Assembly: GCA_964610875.1 (NCBI GenBank)
Contig: CAZSWP010000007.1
Coordinates: forward strand, 36,091 to 100,090
Length of the DNA: 64,000 bases
Direction of reading: 5' to 3'
Source: an uncultured archaeon
GTDB taxonomy: Archaea > Asgardarchaeota > Thorarchaeia > Thorarchaeales > Thorarchaeaceae
The notes under the pieces are model-generated. The model was not told the DNA's origin. It saw only the letters and a list, made by a program, of their open reading frames with translations, and ran no database searches. Every line of letters begins with the position of its first letter. Position 1 is the stretch's first letter. This document shows positions 10,205 to 20,267 of this stretch, piece by piece. A program made the translations under genes and the position numbers.

Positions 10205-10576
10205 TCATTCGAAATCCAACAAGTGACCGCAGTTATTACATTTTGCTGATCCATCATCAGTCCATTCCAGCTCCTTTAGTGTGATGGATTGCTTACAAGC
10301 AGGACAGTGTTTCGGAATAACAAATGATTCAGTAGAGTGAAACTCTGAAAATGAATCTTGTATTAGGTCTACTCGAAATGTTGCCTCTTCGAGTAGTCGT
10401 CTTCTCTTCATTACGGACTGCATCAAATGTTTCCATGCAAAGAATCCTAAGATAAAAAATATTCCAAGAAAGAGGAAAAGAATGTCAGAACTGAATCCCA
10501 ACAAGATAAGTATAGTGCCAATGAATAGAGGTGTCAAGTGGTTCGTATTGGAATCTTGTTTCGACATCTCCTGCAC
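10205..10576 (-). CDS. small membrane-anchored zinc-ribbon protein
   Basis: N-terminal TM hairpin; CPAC...CNNC. Confidence 0.7.
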   Translation of the reverse strand: MQEMSKQDSNTNHLTPLFIGTILILLGFSSDILFLFLGIFFILGFFAWKHLMQSVMKRRRLLEEATFRVDLIQDSFSEFHSTESFVIPKHCPACKQSITLKELEWTDDGSAKCNNCGHLLDFE

Positions 10577-11766
10577 TACTCTTCAATTGGAATATCCTTT
10601 CCATTTATGAAGACTCTCTCAACCTTGCTATAGAATTCAAACGGATGTCCTGACCAAACGACTATGTCAGCATCTTTTCCTTTCTCAAGGGATCCTACTC
10701 TATGGCTAATGTTGAGAATCTCTGCTGGATTGATAGTTACTGCTTTCAGCGCATCTTCTCTACTCATTCCATGTTTAATAGCATACATAGGTAGCAGTGG
10801 GAAGTAATTCATTGGGGTCAAAGAATCTGTCTGAAGCGCAACCTTTACTCCAGCTCTATGTAGAACGACCGGTGTCTTGAATCCACGTTCTCTTGTTTCA
10901 GGTTTACTTACCCAATACATTGTTGGCCCGATGACTGCTGGAACGTCATTTTCAGCAATAAACTCCGCAATCTTGTGTCCCTCAGTACAATGGATTATTA
11001 CCAACCGAAGATTAAATTCTTTGGCAATACGAATTATTGTCGCAATGTCGTCCGCTCGATGAGCATGGGCATGAAGAGGTACTTCCCGTTTGATGACTTT
11101 CGCGATAACCTCCATTCCTAGGTCTCTTTTAGGTGGTGCTGGTTCTGGTTCTCCTTTCTCTTTTGCTTGCCGTGCTTTTGAACCAAATGCTTTCCATTCT
11201 TCTAGATAGTTTCCACCATCAGTGAATGTTTTACGTAAGAGTGAGGCTGTACCCATTCTTGTTGATGGGGTTCGCTTCTCATTTCCATGCACTCTTTTTG
11301 GATTTTCACCGAGTGCGATTTTTAATCCTGAAGGGGCTAGTACCACCATTTCATCAGTTACCTTGGAACCCAATGGTTTGATTACAAAGGCCTGACCTCC
11401 AATGACATTACCCGAACCTGGTCCCGTGTTTATACATGTAACACCTCCTTGTATTACCTCAATTAGGGACGGTTCATCTGGATTGAATGAATCAATGCCT
11501 CTCAACTCAGGTGTGATTGGTGTTGTCATTTCATTGCCATCACTTCCTGCCCATCCAATTGAACCATCGAAGAGACCTTGATGAGTATGTGCATCTATAA
11601 AACCGGGTAGAATATACTTGCCTTCAACATCTATAATCTCCGCGTCATCAGGAATTTGGACTGCCGGTCGAACATCTATAATTTTTCCATCATGGAATAG
11701 GACTGTTGCATTTTCTAGGAGTCCATTTACTGGACAAAGAAGCGTTGCATTTATGAGAGCCTTCAA
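10576..11766 (-). CDS. amidohydrolase superfamily protein
   Basis: PGFIDAHTH, ALGENPKR, HAHRADD, HCTEG, GSLEKGKDAD. Confidence 0.92.
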   Translation of the reverse strand: MKALINATLLCPVNGLLENATVLFHDGKIIDVRPAVQIPDDAEIIDVEGKYILPGFIDAHTHQGLFDGSIGWAGSDGNEMTTPITPELRGIDSFNPDEPSLIEVIQGGVTCINTGPGSGNVIGGQAFVIKPLGSKVTDEMVVLAPSGLKIALGENPKRVHGNEKRTPSTRMGTASLLRKTFTDGGNYLEEWKAFGSKARQAKEKGEPEPAPPKRDLGMEVIAKVIKREVPLHAHAHRADDIATIIRIAKEFNLRLVIIHCTEGHKIAEFIAENDVPAVIGPTMYWVSKPETRERGFKTPVVLHRAGVKVALQTDSLTPMNYFPLLPMYAIKHGMSREDALKAVTINPAEILNISHRVGSLEKGKDADIVVWSGHPFEFYSKVERVFINGKDIPIEE

Positions 11767-11850
11767 GTAAATTCCTCAATCCTAATGATGAATTTACCCT
11801 GAGAAAAGTCTTCGGTTGCAACTGCTTTTAGTTATAATGTAAAAATTAGA

Positions 11851-11876
11851 TGATGGAGGAGTAATTACCTCCATCA
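11851..11876 (-). terminator. hairpin 3' of gap
   Basis: Perfect 9-bp stem TGATGGAGG/CCTCCATCA, then T tract on the - strand. Confidence 0.55.
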
Positions 11877-11892
11877 AAATAATGTAAGTTGA

Positions 11893-12894
11893 CTAGAATT
11901 TGCGAGCGACGATAGCAGCTAAATCAGCAAGTCTATGTGAATAACCTGCTTCATTGTCGTACCATCCTAAGATTTTTGCCATGTTCCCTGAAGTATATGT
12001 TAATAATGAATCAAAGATACATGAATGTGGATTACCGATATAGTCAGAGGATACAAGTGGTGTTTCTGTATATTCCAAGTATCCTTTCAATTCTCCTTCT
12101 GCTGCTTTCTTGAAAGCTGAGTTAATCTCTTTATCAGAAGCACCTTTTTCCAAATTGAGGACAAGATCGACTATTGATACATCCATTGTTGGAACACGTA
12201 GTGCCATTCCATTGAGTTTTCCATCAGCTTTTGGATAAACAAGACCAATAGCCTTTGCAGCTCCAGTTGTTGTAGGTACTATATTCCAGGTTGCTGCTCG
12301 AGCTCTTCTGATATCGCTATGTTGCATATCCAAAATTCTTTGGTCGTTAGTGACTGAATGTACGGTTGTCATAAGTCCATTAACTATGCCAAAACTCTCG
12401 TCCATCACTTTAACCATTGGTGCTAAACAATTTGTTGTACAGGATGCATTAGAGATGACATGATGTTTATCTGGATTATAATCGCTATCATTAACACCAA
12501 GGACTACAGTGAACATTTCACTCTTTCCTGGTGCGCTGACTAAGACTTTCTTTGCACCAGCAGTTATGTGTTTTTCAGCATCTTCTCGCTTTCTAAATAG
12601 TCCTGTAGATTCTATTACGATATCCACATCGAGTTTTTTCCATGGTAAGTTTCCCGGGTTTCTCTCTGAAAGAATCTTGATTTCTTGTCCATCTACAATA
12701 ATGCTGTTCTCTGCGGTTTTTACTTCACCTGCGAAGGTGCCCATTACTGTATCATATTTGAACAGATGTCCAAGAGTTGCTGCATCTGACAAATCATTTG
12801 CTGCAATTACCTCGACCTCTTTGTGTTCCAAAGCTGCCCTTAGAAATATTCTTCCAATTCTTCCAAATCCATTAATCGCCACACGTGCTACCAT
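11893..12894 (-). CDS. gap: class I glyceraldehyde-3-phosphate dehydrogenase
   Basis: INGFGRIGR, catalytic SNASCTTNCLAP, RVPT, WYDNE. Confidence 0.97.
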   Translation of the reverse strand: MVARVAINGFGRIGRIFLRAALEHKEVEVIAANDLSDAATLGHLFKYDTVMGTFAGEVKTAENSIIVDGQEIKILSERNPGNLPWKKLDVDIVIESTGLFRKREDAEKHITAGAKKVLVSAPGKSEMFTVVLGVNDSDYNPDKHHVISNASCTTNCLAPMVKVMDESFGIVNGLMTTVHSVTNDQRILDMQHSDIRRARAATWNIVPTTTGAAKAIGLVYPKADGKLNGMALRVPTMDVSIVDLVLNLEKGASDKEINSAFKKAAEGELKGYLEYTETPLVSSDYIGNPHSCIFDSLLTYTSGNMAKILGWYDNEAGYSHRLADLAAIVARKF

Positions 12895-13052
12895 TAGCTA
12901 CTGCACCTCATGATGCTCTATGTTCATATAATAGTTGAAATAGCCCCTCTATATGTCTTGCGTACCAACGATTTCGGGTCAAGATTTCTCTCCAGATTCA
13001 TCAACACTATCGTCCATAGGAGTCCTTTTCACTAGGACTGTATCCTTGAGAA

Positions 13053-14408
13053 TTGGTTGTCAAAATGATAGAGGACATGTTCTCCTATATCGATCAGCAC
13101 TCAGATAAAGCAATTGATGAACTCAAAGCACTCTGCAGAATTCCTTCGGTTGCTGCAAAGGGTGAGGGAATCGATGATGCTGCTGAATATGTAAAATCAC
13201 TTCTTGATGAAATTGGTATGAAAACCAATATACACACTACATCAGGTAGTCCGGTTGTCACTGGTGAACTTGATTTTTCTAAGAAGAAAACATTGCTTTT
13301 CTACGACCACTATGATGTCCAACCTGCAGAGCCATTCGACCTTTGGGATACTCCTCCCTTTCAACCTGATATAAGAAATGGAAGAATCTATGCTAGAGGT
13401 GTAGCTGATAATAAAGGCGATATTATTTCACGAATATGGGCTCTGAAAGCATTTTTGGAACACGAAGATGAACTTCCAATAAATGTGAAATTCGTGATTG
13501 AAGGAGAAGAGGAAGTCAGTAGTCCGAATCTTGGTGAATTTGTGAAAGAGAATTCTGAGTTCATTAAGGCGGATGGAGGGATTTGGGAGTTCGGAGGAGA
13601 GAACATTCAAGGCTTACAGGAAGCATGGTTGGGTCTGAAAGGGCTGTTATATGTACAACTCGAAGTTGAAAAACTAGGAATGGACTCTCATTCAGCTAAT
13701 GCTTGCATTTTACCATCTGCACCTTATCGTTTGATTTGGGCATTAAACTCGCTAAAAGATGAAGATGATAATATTCGGATTGATGGATATTATGATGATG
13801 TGAGAGACCTCTCAGAAGCTGAACTAGATACGATATCTAAGATCGATATCAAAGAGGAAGACTATCTAAAATTCTACAATATTAGTGAATTCTTGAAAGG
13901 TATGAGTGGTGAGGAGCTTCTCAAAGCTTACTATAATGCTCCCACATGTAATATATGTGGTATTGGAAGTGGTTGGCAAGGAACAGGGAGTAAAACAGTT
14001 CTGCCTGCAAAGGCATTTGCTAAACTCGATTTTCGTTTAGTTGAAAACATGGACCCTGAAATGGTTTTGAAGAAACTACGAACTCACTTGGATAATAATG
14101 GATTTTCTGATATTAAGATTGCATGGTATCATGGGTATCCTCCAGCTAAAACGCCTGTTGACCATCCATTCATCTCAGTCGTGAATGAAGCTAACAAAGA
14201 AGTGTTTGGCCACGATATTGTGGTTCATCCAACAAATCCCGGTTCGGGTCCTCTGTATCTATTCAAGGAATTTGTTCCAATGGTTTCTATTGGTATAGGT
14301 GATTTCGGATCTAGAGCGCACTCCCCAAATGAGAGTATCAAAGTGGAGAACTTCATAAATGGTACAAAGCGTATCATTTCACTAATTGAAAAGATGGGCA
14401 ATTGGTGA
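13053..14408 (+). CDS. M20 family metallopeptidase (dipeptidase-like)
   Basis: HYDVQP, RGVADNKG, EGEEE, HSPNE. Confidence 0.93.
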   Translation: MVVKMIEDMFSYIDQHSDKAIDELKALCRIPSVAAKGEGIDDAAEYVKSLLDEIGMKTNIHTTSGSPVVTGELDFSKKKTLLFYDHYDVQPAEPFDLWDTPPFQPDIRNGRIYARGVADNKGDIISRIWALKAFLEHEDELPINVKFVIEGEEEVSSPNLGEFVKENSEFIKADGGIWEFGGENIQGLQEAWLGLKGLLYVQLEVEKLGMDSHSANACILPSAPYRLIWALNSLKDEDDNIRIDGYYDDVRDLSEAELDTISKIDIKEEDYLKFYNISEFLKGMSGEELLKAYYNAPTCNICGIGSGWQGTGSKTVLPAKAFAKLDFRLVENMDPEMVLKKLRTHLDNNGFSDIKIAWYHGYPPAKTPVDHPFISVVNEANKEVFGHDIVVHPTNPGSGPLYLFKEFVPMVSIGIGDFGSRAHSPNESIKVENFINGTKRIISLIEKMGNW

Positions 14409-14782
14409 TATTAATGCCAAAAGTCTGTGCAGTGACAATCTATGTTCATGATTTAAGAGAAGCAGAGGAATTCTATTGCAACAAACTTGGTTTTGACATG
14501 AAGCACAGATCTGATTCATTGATTCATATAGAGAATGACTCTGTTGATATCATACTGGAAAAAGTAGAACAGAGGAGTACAGCAAAATATCCCGGGACGT
14601 CGCAAATAGTGTTGGGAATTGCAACATCTAATCTCTCTATGACAATGAGTGTATTGATAGACCTCGATGTTTCCTTTCTTCATTCCGAACCAAAAAAATT
14701 TCCTGCTGGGCAATTTATAGCTATTAGTGATCCATCAGGAAACGTGATTGAGCTTCTTGAATTCGAGAAGGAGAGTAATTAA
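14402..14782 (+). CDS. VOC/glyoxalase family protein
   Basis: AEEFYCNKLGF and DPSGNVIELLE. Confidence 0.88.
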   Translation: MVILMPKVCAVTIYVHDLREAEEFYCNKLGFDMKHRSDSLIHIENDSVDIILEKVEQRSTAKYPGTSQIVLGIATSNLSMTMSVLIDLDVSFLHSEPKKFPAGQFIAISDPSGNVIELLEFEKESN

Positions 14783-14796
14783 AGCCGACTCTCCTT
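14768..14796. terminator. hairpin between convergent genes
   Basis: 9-bp stem AAGGAGAGT/ACTCTCCTT. Confidence 0.4.
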
Positions 14797-14806
14797 TCTT
14801 CAAGAT

Positions 14807-16405
14807 TTATGGTAAGGGTGGTCTTATTTTAAGTCCTTTTTCCCATTCGACTTCAAAGGAATAGAATATCTCATATTTTTCTCCAGTGGGGATATTAACT
14901 TCCCATTCAATAACACCAAGTTCGTTCTTTGTTGGTTGAAGTGAGATATCTTTCAGCTCCACGTTCGCTCTCTCTGAGCTACTATGTGGTATCCTATCTA
15001 TCACCTTTATTTCAATAGGTTCCTTGGCAAAACTCTGAATCTCTATTTTGTAAGTATATTCTCGTTTTGTCTTTCCACGGGTCAAACCTGCTTTTTCCGT
15101 ATCTTTCGAAGACAGTTTCTTTTCAGCTTTGATGTTATACGCCGTCCTCGTTCCTAGTCTGAACTCTTCACGTGGTGATATCATTCCAAGATTGGTTTCT
15201 CCAATGAAATCACCTTCTGAATAGACTTTCGCTACTCCCGGTAGAATAAGTGACTCTCCATTTGTAATCTCATCTTGTGCAACGGATTCAGGCATTGCAT
15301 AGGCATTCCAGAAGTAAAGCTTCTTCGATTCGAACTCTTCTTCAGTCAGATTTACTGGATGCGGGTCGCGATCCGATTCAATCGTCACTCGACCGGGTAC
15401 TTTGTACGTTATAATTCCACCAAGGCCTTCTGATACTTCTGCTCTAGTGACAGCAAGTTCTGGTTCAGGTGCAGGTATATCAGCATCAATTGTCCTCAAC
15501 ATTTCTTCTGAGCTCTCTTCTTCCTCTTTATCGAATCCTCCCTCAACTGCACCAAGACCACCTCCATAGTCCGATGCTGGTGCCGTATATGGTTGGTAAA
15601 CATCAATGAACAACGGATTTGCCTTTACCGCACGTACAGGCTGGGCTGAGGCTGTGGAAATTGATAGCTCTACATCCTTCCAGTCCTCAAGAGTGTTGTT
15701 TTGAATGATTGCAAATCTTTTGAGAATTGCTTTCTCTTGTAGAAGGTCAACATCATATGTAGGTGCCCAGCTCGCATAATTCATCTGGTATGTGATTTCA
15801 AGTTCAATCTCTGTTTCCTCTTGGACATCAAGATTGATTTCGACCTCTTTGAGAACTTCTACCTTTCTTTGTCCATGCATTCGGTTGATTTCATTTTGGA
15901 CTGTCTGAATCTCAGACATGAGTTTTTCCTTTTCCAATGTGAGGTCTCTAATCTTTTTCTTTGCATCCAGAATGAGCTTTGTTGTCTTTGAATCAATTTC
16001 AATCAGTTTTTCAAGTGGTGTTTCTCCAGCTGCAAACCATTTTCCAAAGTATGGCGAAAACTGACTCAGCAATGTTGTAAATCTAGAAATCCTCGTCTGT
16101 TGATACTCTAGCTCTTTATCAAGATTATCTCGTTTCCTTTCCAAATCCTCAAGTCTATCCTGAAGCTCCTTTAGCTTCTCCTTTGGTATGAATTCCTTCG
16201 ATTCTTCTTTGACATCAATACCTCTCATTGATGCCTTTCCTTTGCCCTTCACACGAAAGCTGTCTTTATGCGCAAATCTAGTAATGTTAGGAATGATGAC
16301 CTTCTGTTCTCCGGCTTGTACTTTCACTGAACCGAGTCGTACAACACGAGCTCCGTCTCTGAATACTGTTACTTTATCGATTTTAGTTTCTATTTTCGTA
16401 CTCAT
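14807..16405 (-). CDS. DUF4140/DUF4139 (MuiA-like) protein, copy 2
   Basis: VTVFRDGARV, coiled coil, ASWAPTYD, EDW, DRIP; start ATG 16405 preceded by GGAGGGA. Confidence 0.88.
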   Translation of the reverse strand: MSTKIETKIDKVTVFRDGARVVRLGSVKVQAGEQKVIIPNITRFAHKDSFRVKGKGKASMRGIDVKEESKEFIPKEKLKELQDRLEDLERKRDNLDKELEYQQTRISRFTTLLSQFSPYFGKWFAAGETPLEKLIEIDSKTTKLILDAKKKIRDLTLEKEKLMSEIQTVQNEINRMHGQRKVEVLKEVEINLDVQEETEIELEITYQMNYASWAPTYDVDLLQEKAILKRFAIIQNNTLEDWKDVELSISTASAQPVRAVKANPLFIDVYQPYTAPASDYGGGLGAVEGGFDKEEEESSEEMLRTIDADIPAPEPELAVTRAEVSEGLGGIITYKVPGRVTIESDRDPHPVNLTEEEFESKKLYFWNAYAMPESVAQDEITNGESLILPGVAKVYSEGDFIGETNLGMISPREEFRLGTRTAYNIKAEKKLSSKDTEKAGLTRGKTKREYTYKIEIQSFAKEPIEIKVIDRIPHSSSERANVELKDISLQPTKNELGVIEWEVNIPTGEKYEIFYSFEVEWEKGLKIRPPLP

Positions 16406-16416
16406 TTCATTCCCTC

Positions 16417-18003
16417 CTATGGTAATGGTGGTGTTACAGTGACACCTTTCTCCCATTCAACCTCGTATTCGTATTTCAAAGTCATCTTTTCTCCTGCGGG
16501 AATCTTTTTCTTCCATTCCATTACTCCAAGTTCATGTTTGTCTGGTGCTATCTTTTCCATATCGGCTTTGACTGAAATCTGTGTGGAGTTACTATGCGGG
16601 ATCCTGTCGATAATCTCAATCTCAATTTGACGTTTAGAGAAGTTCTCAATCTTCAGTCTGTACGTGTAGTTCCGCTTTCTTTTTCCACGTGTCACCCCAG
16701 CTTTCTCGACATTTCGAATTGCTAGTGTTTTCTCTGCTTTGAGATCATATGCAGTTCTTGTTCCTAATCTAAACTCTTCTCGTGGAGACTGCTGTTCAAG
16801 ATGGGTTTCACCAACATACTCTCCTTTTGCTAAGACTTTCGCTGGTCCTGCAAGAATTACCGTATCACCATTGGTTACTTCATCTTGTGCAACTACTTCT
16901 GCCATTTTATCAGCATACCAATAATGGATTGTTTTTGTATCCAGTTTCTCCTCAATGAGAGTGACCGGATGTTCGTCATTGTCATAGAGGACGGTAACAG
17001 GTTTTGGTAGATGATATACTGTGATACCTGATACAGTTTCCTCTGCTTCAGCAAATGTTTCTTTCATTACTGGTTTAGGCGCTGGTGGTGGTGCTGCTCC
17101 ACCTGGCGCTCGGGATGGCATCGCAGCCATCTTCATTCTTCTATCTCGTCTACCTTTCTCTCTTTTCTTTGCCATGTCTGCCTCTGGATCGTATACTGAA
17201 ATATACCAAGGACTACCCTCCACAGCTGTTACTGGTCTTGCCAATGCAGTTGATACCGTGAAATCAACATCATTCCAGTCTTCTGTTGTTCGATTATTGA
17301 CCATAGCGATTCTTCGAAGCATTGCCTTATCGTCTACAAGGTCCACTTCATAATTTGGACTCCATGATGCACCTGTACATTGGTAAGCAATTTCTAGTTC
17401 GATCTCAGACTCTTGTGATACTTCTAAAGAAACCTCAACATCATAGTAAGTATTTATTCTTCTATCTGCTCTTATTTTGTCAATCCTATCTCTCAACACT
17501 TGGATATCAATGTCTAATTGCTTGGCCTCGCCTTCCAAATCTTGGAGTTTCTTTTGGGTTTCCTTGTAGGTTTTTTCTGCATGTTTATCGAGGGAGAGCA
17601 TTTGTTCAATGTCCCCTTCATTTGCTGCATAGACTTCTCCAAATGTTGTTGTGAATTCATTCATTATTTGTTCTATGTTGGATAATTTCAAATTGAAAGT
17701 TTGAATTTCATCATCCACTCTCTTGCGATCTTGCAAAAGAGCTTCAAGTTCTTCTAGTAGTTTTGTAGTATCTTGATCAGGTTTGTATACTTCCTGTTTA
17801 GTAATCACATCAATAGAGGATAATGATGCCTTACCCTTTCCCTTAACTCGGAAACTGTCCTCTCTTGCTTGGAATGTGATTCTTGGTACAATCACTTTTT
17901 GAGGACCAGCTTTTAGTTTGATTTTACCGATTCTAGTGACTCTTGCGCCGTCTCTAAAAACCGTGACCTCACTGATTTTATTCTTTAATTCGGTCAACTG
18001 CAT
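16417..18003 (-). CDS. DUF4140/DUF4139 (MuiA-like) protein, copy 1
   Basis: VTVFRDGARV, coiled coil, ASWSPNYE, EDWNDV, DRIP. Confidence 0.88.
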   Translation of the reverse strand: MQLTELKNKISEVTVFRDGARVTRIGKIKLKAGPQKVIVPRITFQAREDSFRVKGKGKASLSSIDVITKQEVYKPDQDTTKLLEELEALLQDRKRVDDEIQTFNLKLSNIEQIMNEFTTTFGEVYAANEGDIEQMLSLDKHAEKTYKETQKKLQDLEGEAKQLDIDIQVLRDRIDKIRADRRINTYYDVEVSLEVSQESEIELEIAYQCTGASWSPNYEVDLVDDKAMLRRIAMVNNRTTEDWNDVDFTVSTALARPVTAVEGSPWYISVYDPEADMAKKREKGRRDRRMKMAAMPSRAPGGAAPPPAPKPVMKETFAEAEETVSGITVYHLPKPVTVLYDNDEHPVTLIEEKLDTKTIHYWYADKMAEVVAQDEVTNGDTVILAGPAKVLAKGEYVGETHLEQQSPREEFRLGTRTAYDLKAEKTLAIRNVEKAGVTRGKRKRNYTYRLKIENFSKRQIEIEIIDRIPHSNSTQISVKADMEKIAPDKHELGVMEWKKKIPAGEKMTLKYEYEVEWEKGVTVTPPLP

Positions 18004-18074
18004 TCTCCCTGCATTGCCTCTAACATTTAGGCATTTATTCTTTCAGGGTGTGGGATTCAGGAATTATCTTAATT

Positions 18075-18641
18075 CTAATTCTTCATTTTTCTGAATAGAT
18101 GGATTAGTATTAGTAGTAGAATCACCAAAACCCCAGTCAATAAGAAGACGAACTTGACAATAGTAATGTAATTTGCCAATGTAAAGATGATGTCTGACAA
18201 ATTTGGATATGAGGTGATTTGAATTATGTGGAGAACGTTCTCAATATAGTCTGTGAATGCGGCGAGAAGAGGTAGGGATGTTACGACACCGTATTTTCTG
18301 TGTACAGGATAAAGATGTGCGGTCATATTGGCAATTGTCAATGCAAAAGCGAATCCGTATGCAAGTGGATATATCATATCGACTGCTTTGAGTACCAAAT
18401 ACAGTTGCCTTCCATCTGGACCTAATGCAGTAAGAAAATTGGAAGCATCTGATGGAGAATAGTTCAACCACATATCAAGAATTGGCAGCCCCCCACTTTG
18501 TGTGAGAATTATTGGTGCTAGAGCTCCCATCATTACAATACTAAGGGCAAGTGTTAACAGGTAAAGAATAGTGATTATCCGTTTTGTTGCGTATTTCTGA
18601 ATTCTATCGAGTAGTATGACCATAATGCATTGACACTCCAT
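18075..18641 (-). CDS. hypothetical 4-TM membrane protein
   Basis: DMIYPLAY and DYIEN pattern of a widespread uncharacterised membrane family. Confidence 0.7.
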   Translation of the reverse strand: MECQCIMVILLDRIQKYATKRIITILYLLTLALSIVMMGALAPIILTQSGGLPILDMWLNYSPSDASNFLTALGPDGRQLYLVLKAVDMIYPLAYGFAFALTIANMTAHLYPVHRKYGVVTSLPLLAAFTDYIENVLHIIQITSYPNLSDIIFTLANYITIVKFVFLLTGVLVILLLILIHLFRKMKN

Positions 18642-18755
18642 GTTGTGTCACAACATCGTGACTTATGTTAGTTACTGGTAAAATCAGTTCTTCAGCTAAT
18701 GACATATCGATAACCCTTTGAAGTATGCCTTTTCTACCTTCAACTTGCGATTAAA

Positions 18756-19639
18756 GTGAAAGACTTCATAAAAGCAAATAGGGAATTATGGGATGCTAAG
18801 GTGGGCGTGCACAAGAAATCCGAATTCTATGATATTGAGGGTTTTCTGAAAGGCAATTCAACACTTGATTCAATCGAAGTTGAAGAGATAGGTGAAGTAG
18901 TTGGCAAATCATTATTGCATCTACAGTGCCATTTTGGATTGGATACTCTTTCATGGTCACGACTTGGCGCAGATGTTGTAGGAGTGGATTTTTCTAGAGA
19001 TGCCATTGCTCTTGCAAATGAAATTTCAAACAAGACGGGGATTACTGCTAGATTCATACAATCAGATATCTATGAACTCCATGAGATGTTAGACGAAAAA
19101 TTCGATATTGTGTTCACATCCGGTGGTGTTTTATGTTGGTTACATGATATGAAGCGATGGCTCAAATTATTGAGCATTTCTTGAAACCCGGCGGTGTATT
19201 CTATATTCGCGAGTTTCACCCGTTTAGTTACATCTTTGATGATGAAACAGAGGAAGACATTCTCCGAGTACGATATCCATATTTTCATAGCCATGAACCG
19301 ATGAGCTATGTTTCGGACTCGACATACTCCAATCCAGATGAGAAAATGGAATCCAGAGTTGCGTATGAATGGGCACACAGTCTAGGTGATATAGTGACTT
19401 CCATTGCTGATGTAGGATTGAGCATAGAATTTCTTCACGAGTTCCCATTCACCAGCTTTCGACAACTCACATTCATGGAGAAGAATCAGGATGGTAGGTG
19501 GGTGCTTCCTGAAAAAAAGAGCTCTATCCCATTCATGTTCTCAATACGCGCAATCAAAAAACAATTCGATCTATTCCTCTATTACCTTGAATTCATCTTT
19601 TCCACTCTCACATTTTGGACAGGTCCAATCGCTAGGTAA
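18756..19639 (+). pseudogene. class I SAM-dependent methyltransferase split by a one-base frameshift
   Basis: LHLQCHFG in the first ORF and LKPGG/EFHP in the second; one extra G at 19159-19160 restores ...KRWAQIIEHFLKPGG. Confidence 0.8.
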
Positions 19640-19735
19640 ATCTTCAAACTTGGTTCCTGCTGTGATATCTAGTTGAGGGACACCGTATTCCTCTGAGTAG
19701 GTCCAATAGCAAACTTGGCATTCATAAGTCTTCAT
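19571..19735 (-). CDS. rubredoxin, divergent (54 aa; not in ORF track)
   Basis: Hand translation MKTYECQVCYWTYSEEYGVPQLDITAGTKFEDLPSDWTCPKCESGKDEFKVIEE. Confidence 0.9.
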   Translation of the reverse strand: MKTYECQVCYWTYSEEYGVPQLDITAGTKFEDLPSDWTCPKCESGKDEFKVIEE

Positions 19736-19885
19736 TCTAGAGGACTCCATCTGTATTTTGTTTTATAGTTCACTAGTGGTGACTGAAAATGAGGATTATT
19801 ACTAGAATAAAAAGATACACCCGATGTGTTCAAATCATACTAGTTATAGAAAAAATCCTTCTTCATCTTCTAAATGATAATTCTT

Positions 19886-19920
19886 GGCGGAACCCAGTGG
19901 CATGGTCAACTAGGTCCGCC
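19886..19920 (-). other. GC-rich hairpin between the rubredoxin genes
   Basis: GGCGGA...TCCGCC with inner pairing. Confidence 0.4.
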
Positions 19921-19952
19921 TAAATGTTCGAATTTTTCATTACGTGAAGGAT

Positions 19953-20114
19953 CTACTCAATTTTTTCAAAGTCGTCCTTTGAGGCACCGCACATTGGACA
20001 GACCCAATCATCCGATATGTCCTCAAATTTAGTACCTGGGTCAACACCGCTATCGGGGTCGCCTTTCTCTTCGTCGTAAACCCATCCACAAACAAGACAT
20101 TCCCATTTTGCCAT
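19953..20114 (-). CDS. rubredoxin, canonical (53 aa; not in ORF track)
   Basis: Hand translation [53 protein letters not shown]; GGAGA upstream. Confidence 0.96.
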   Translation of the reverse strand: MAKWECLVCGWVYDEEKGDPDSGVDPGTKFEDISDDWVCPMCGASKDDFEKIE

Positions 20115-20236
20115 GTCTCGAATCTCCATGTTTTCTAGTTTGATACCTACAGTAAGGTATCTTCAAACAGTGAGGCACGCTATTGGATAAAAGGGTTGGG
20201 TTAGGATAGAAAAAGAAAAAGTAAGGAGGAAGTGGT

Positions 20237-20256
20237 GGGTTCTGCATCGAGAACCC
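20237..20256 (-). terminator. hairpin plus T tracts
   Basis: GGGTTCT/AGAACCC stem just 3' of the 20268 stop, followed by TTTTTCTTTTT. Confidence 0.45.
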
Positions 20257-20267
20257 TGACCTTCATC

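Noticed and set aside
19491-20247. ORF-track entries 19491-19676 (+) and 20050-20247 (-)
   Set aside because: They are shadow frames of the two rubredoxin genes
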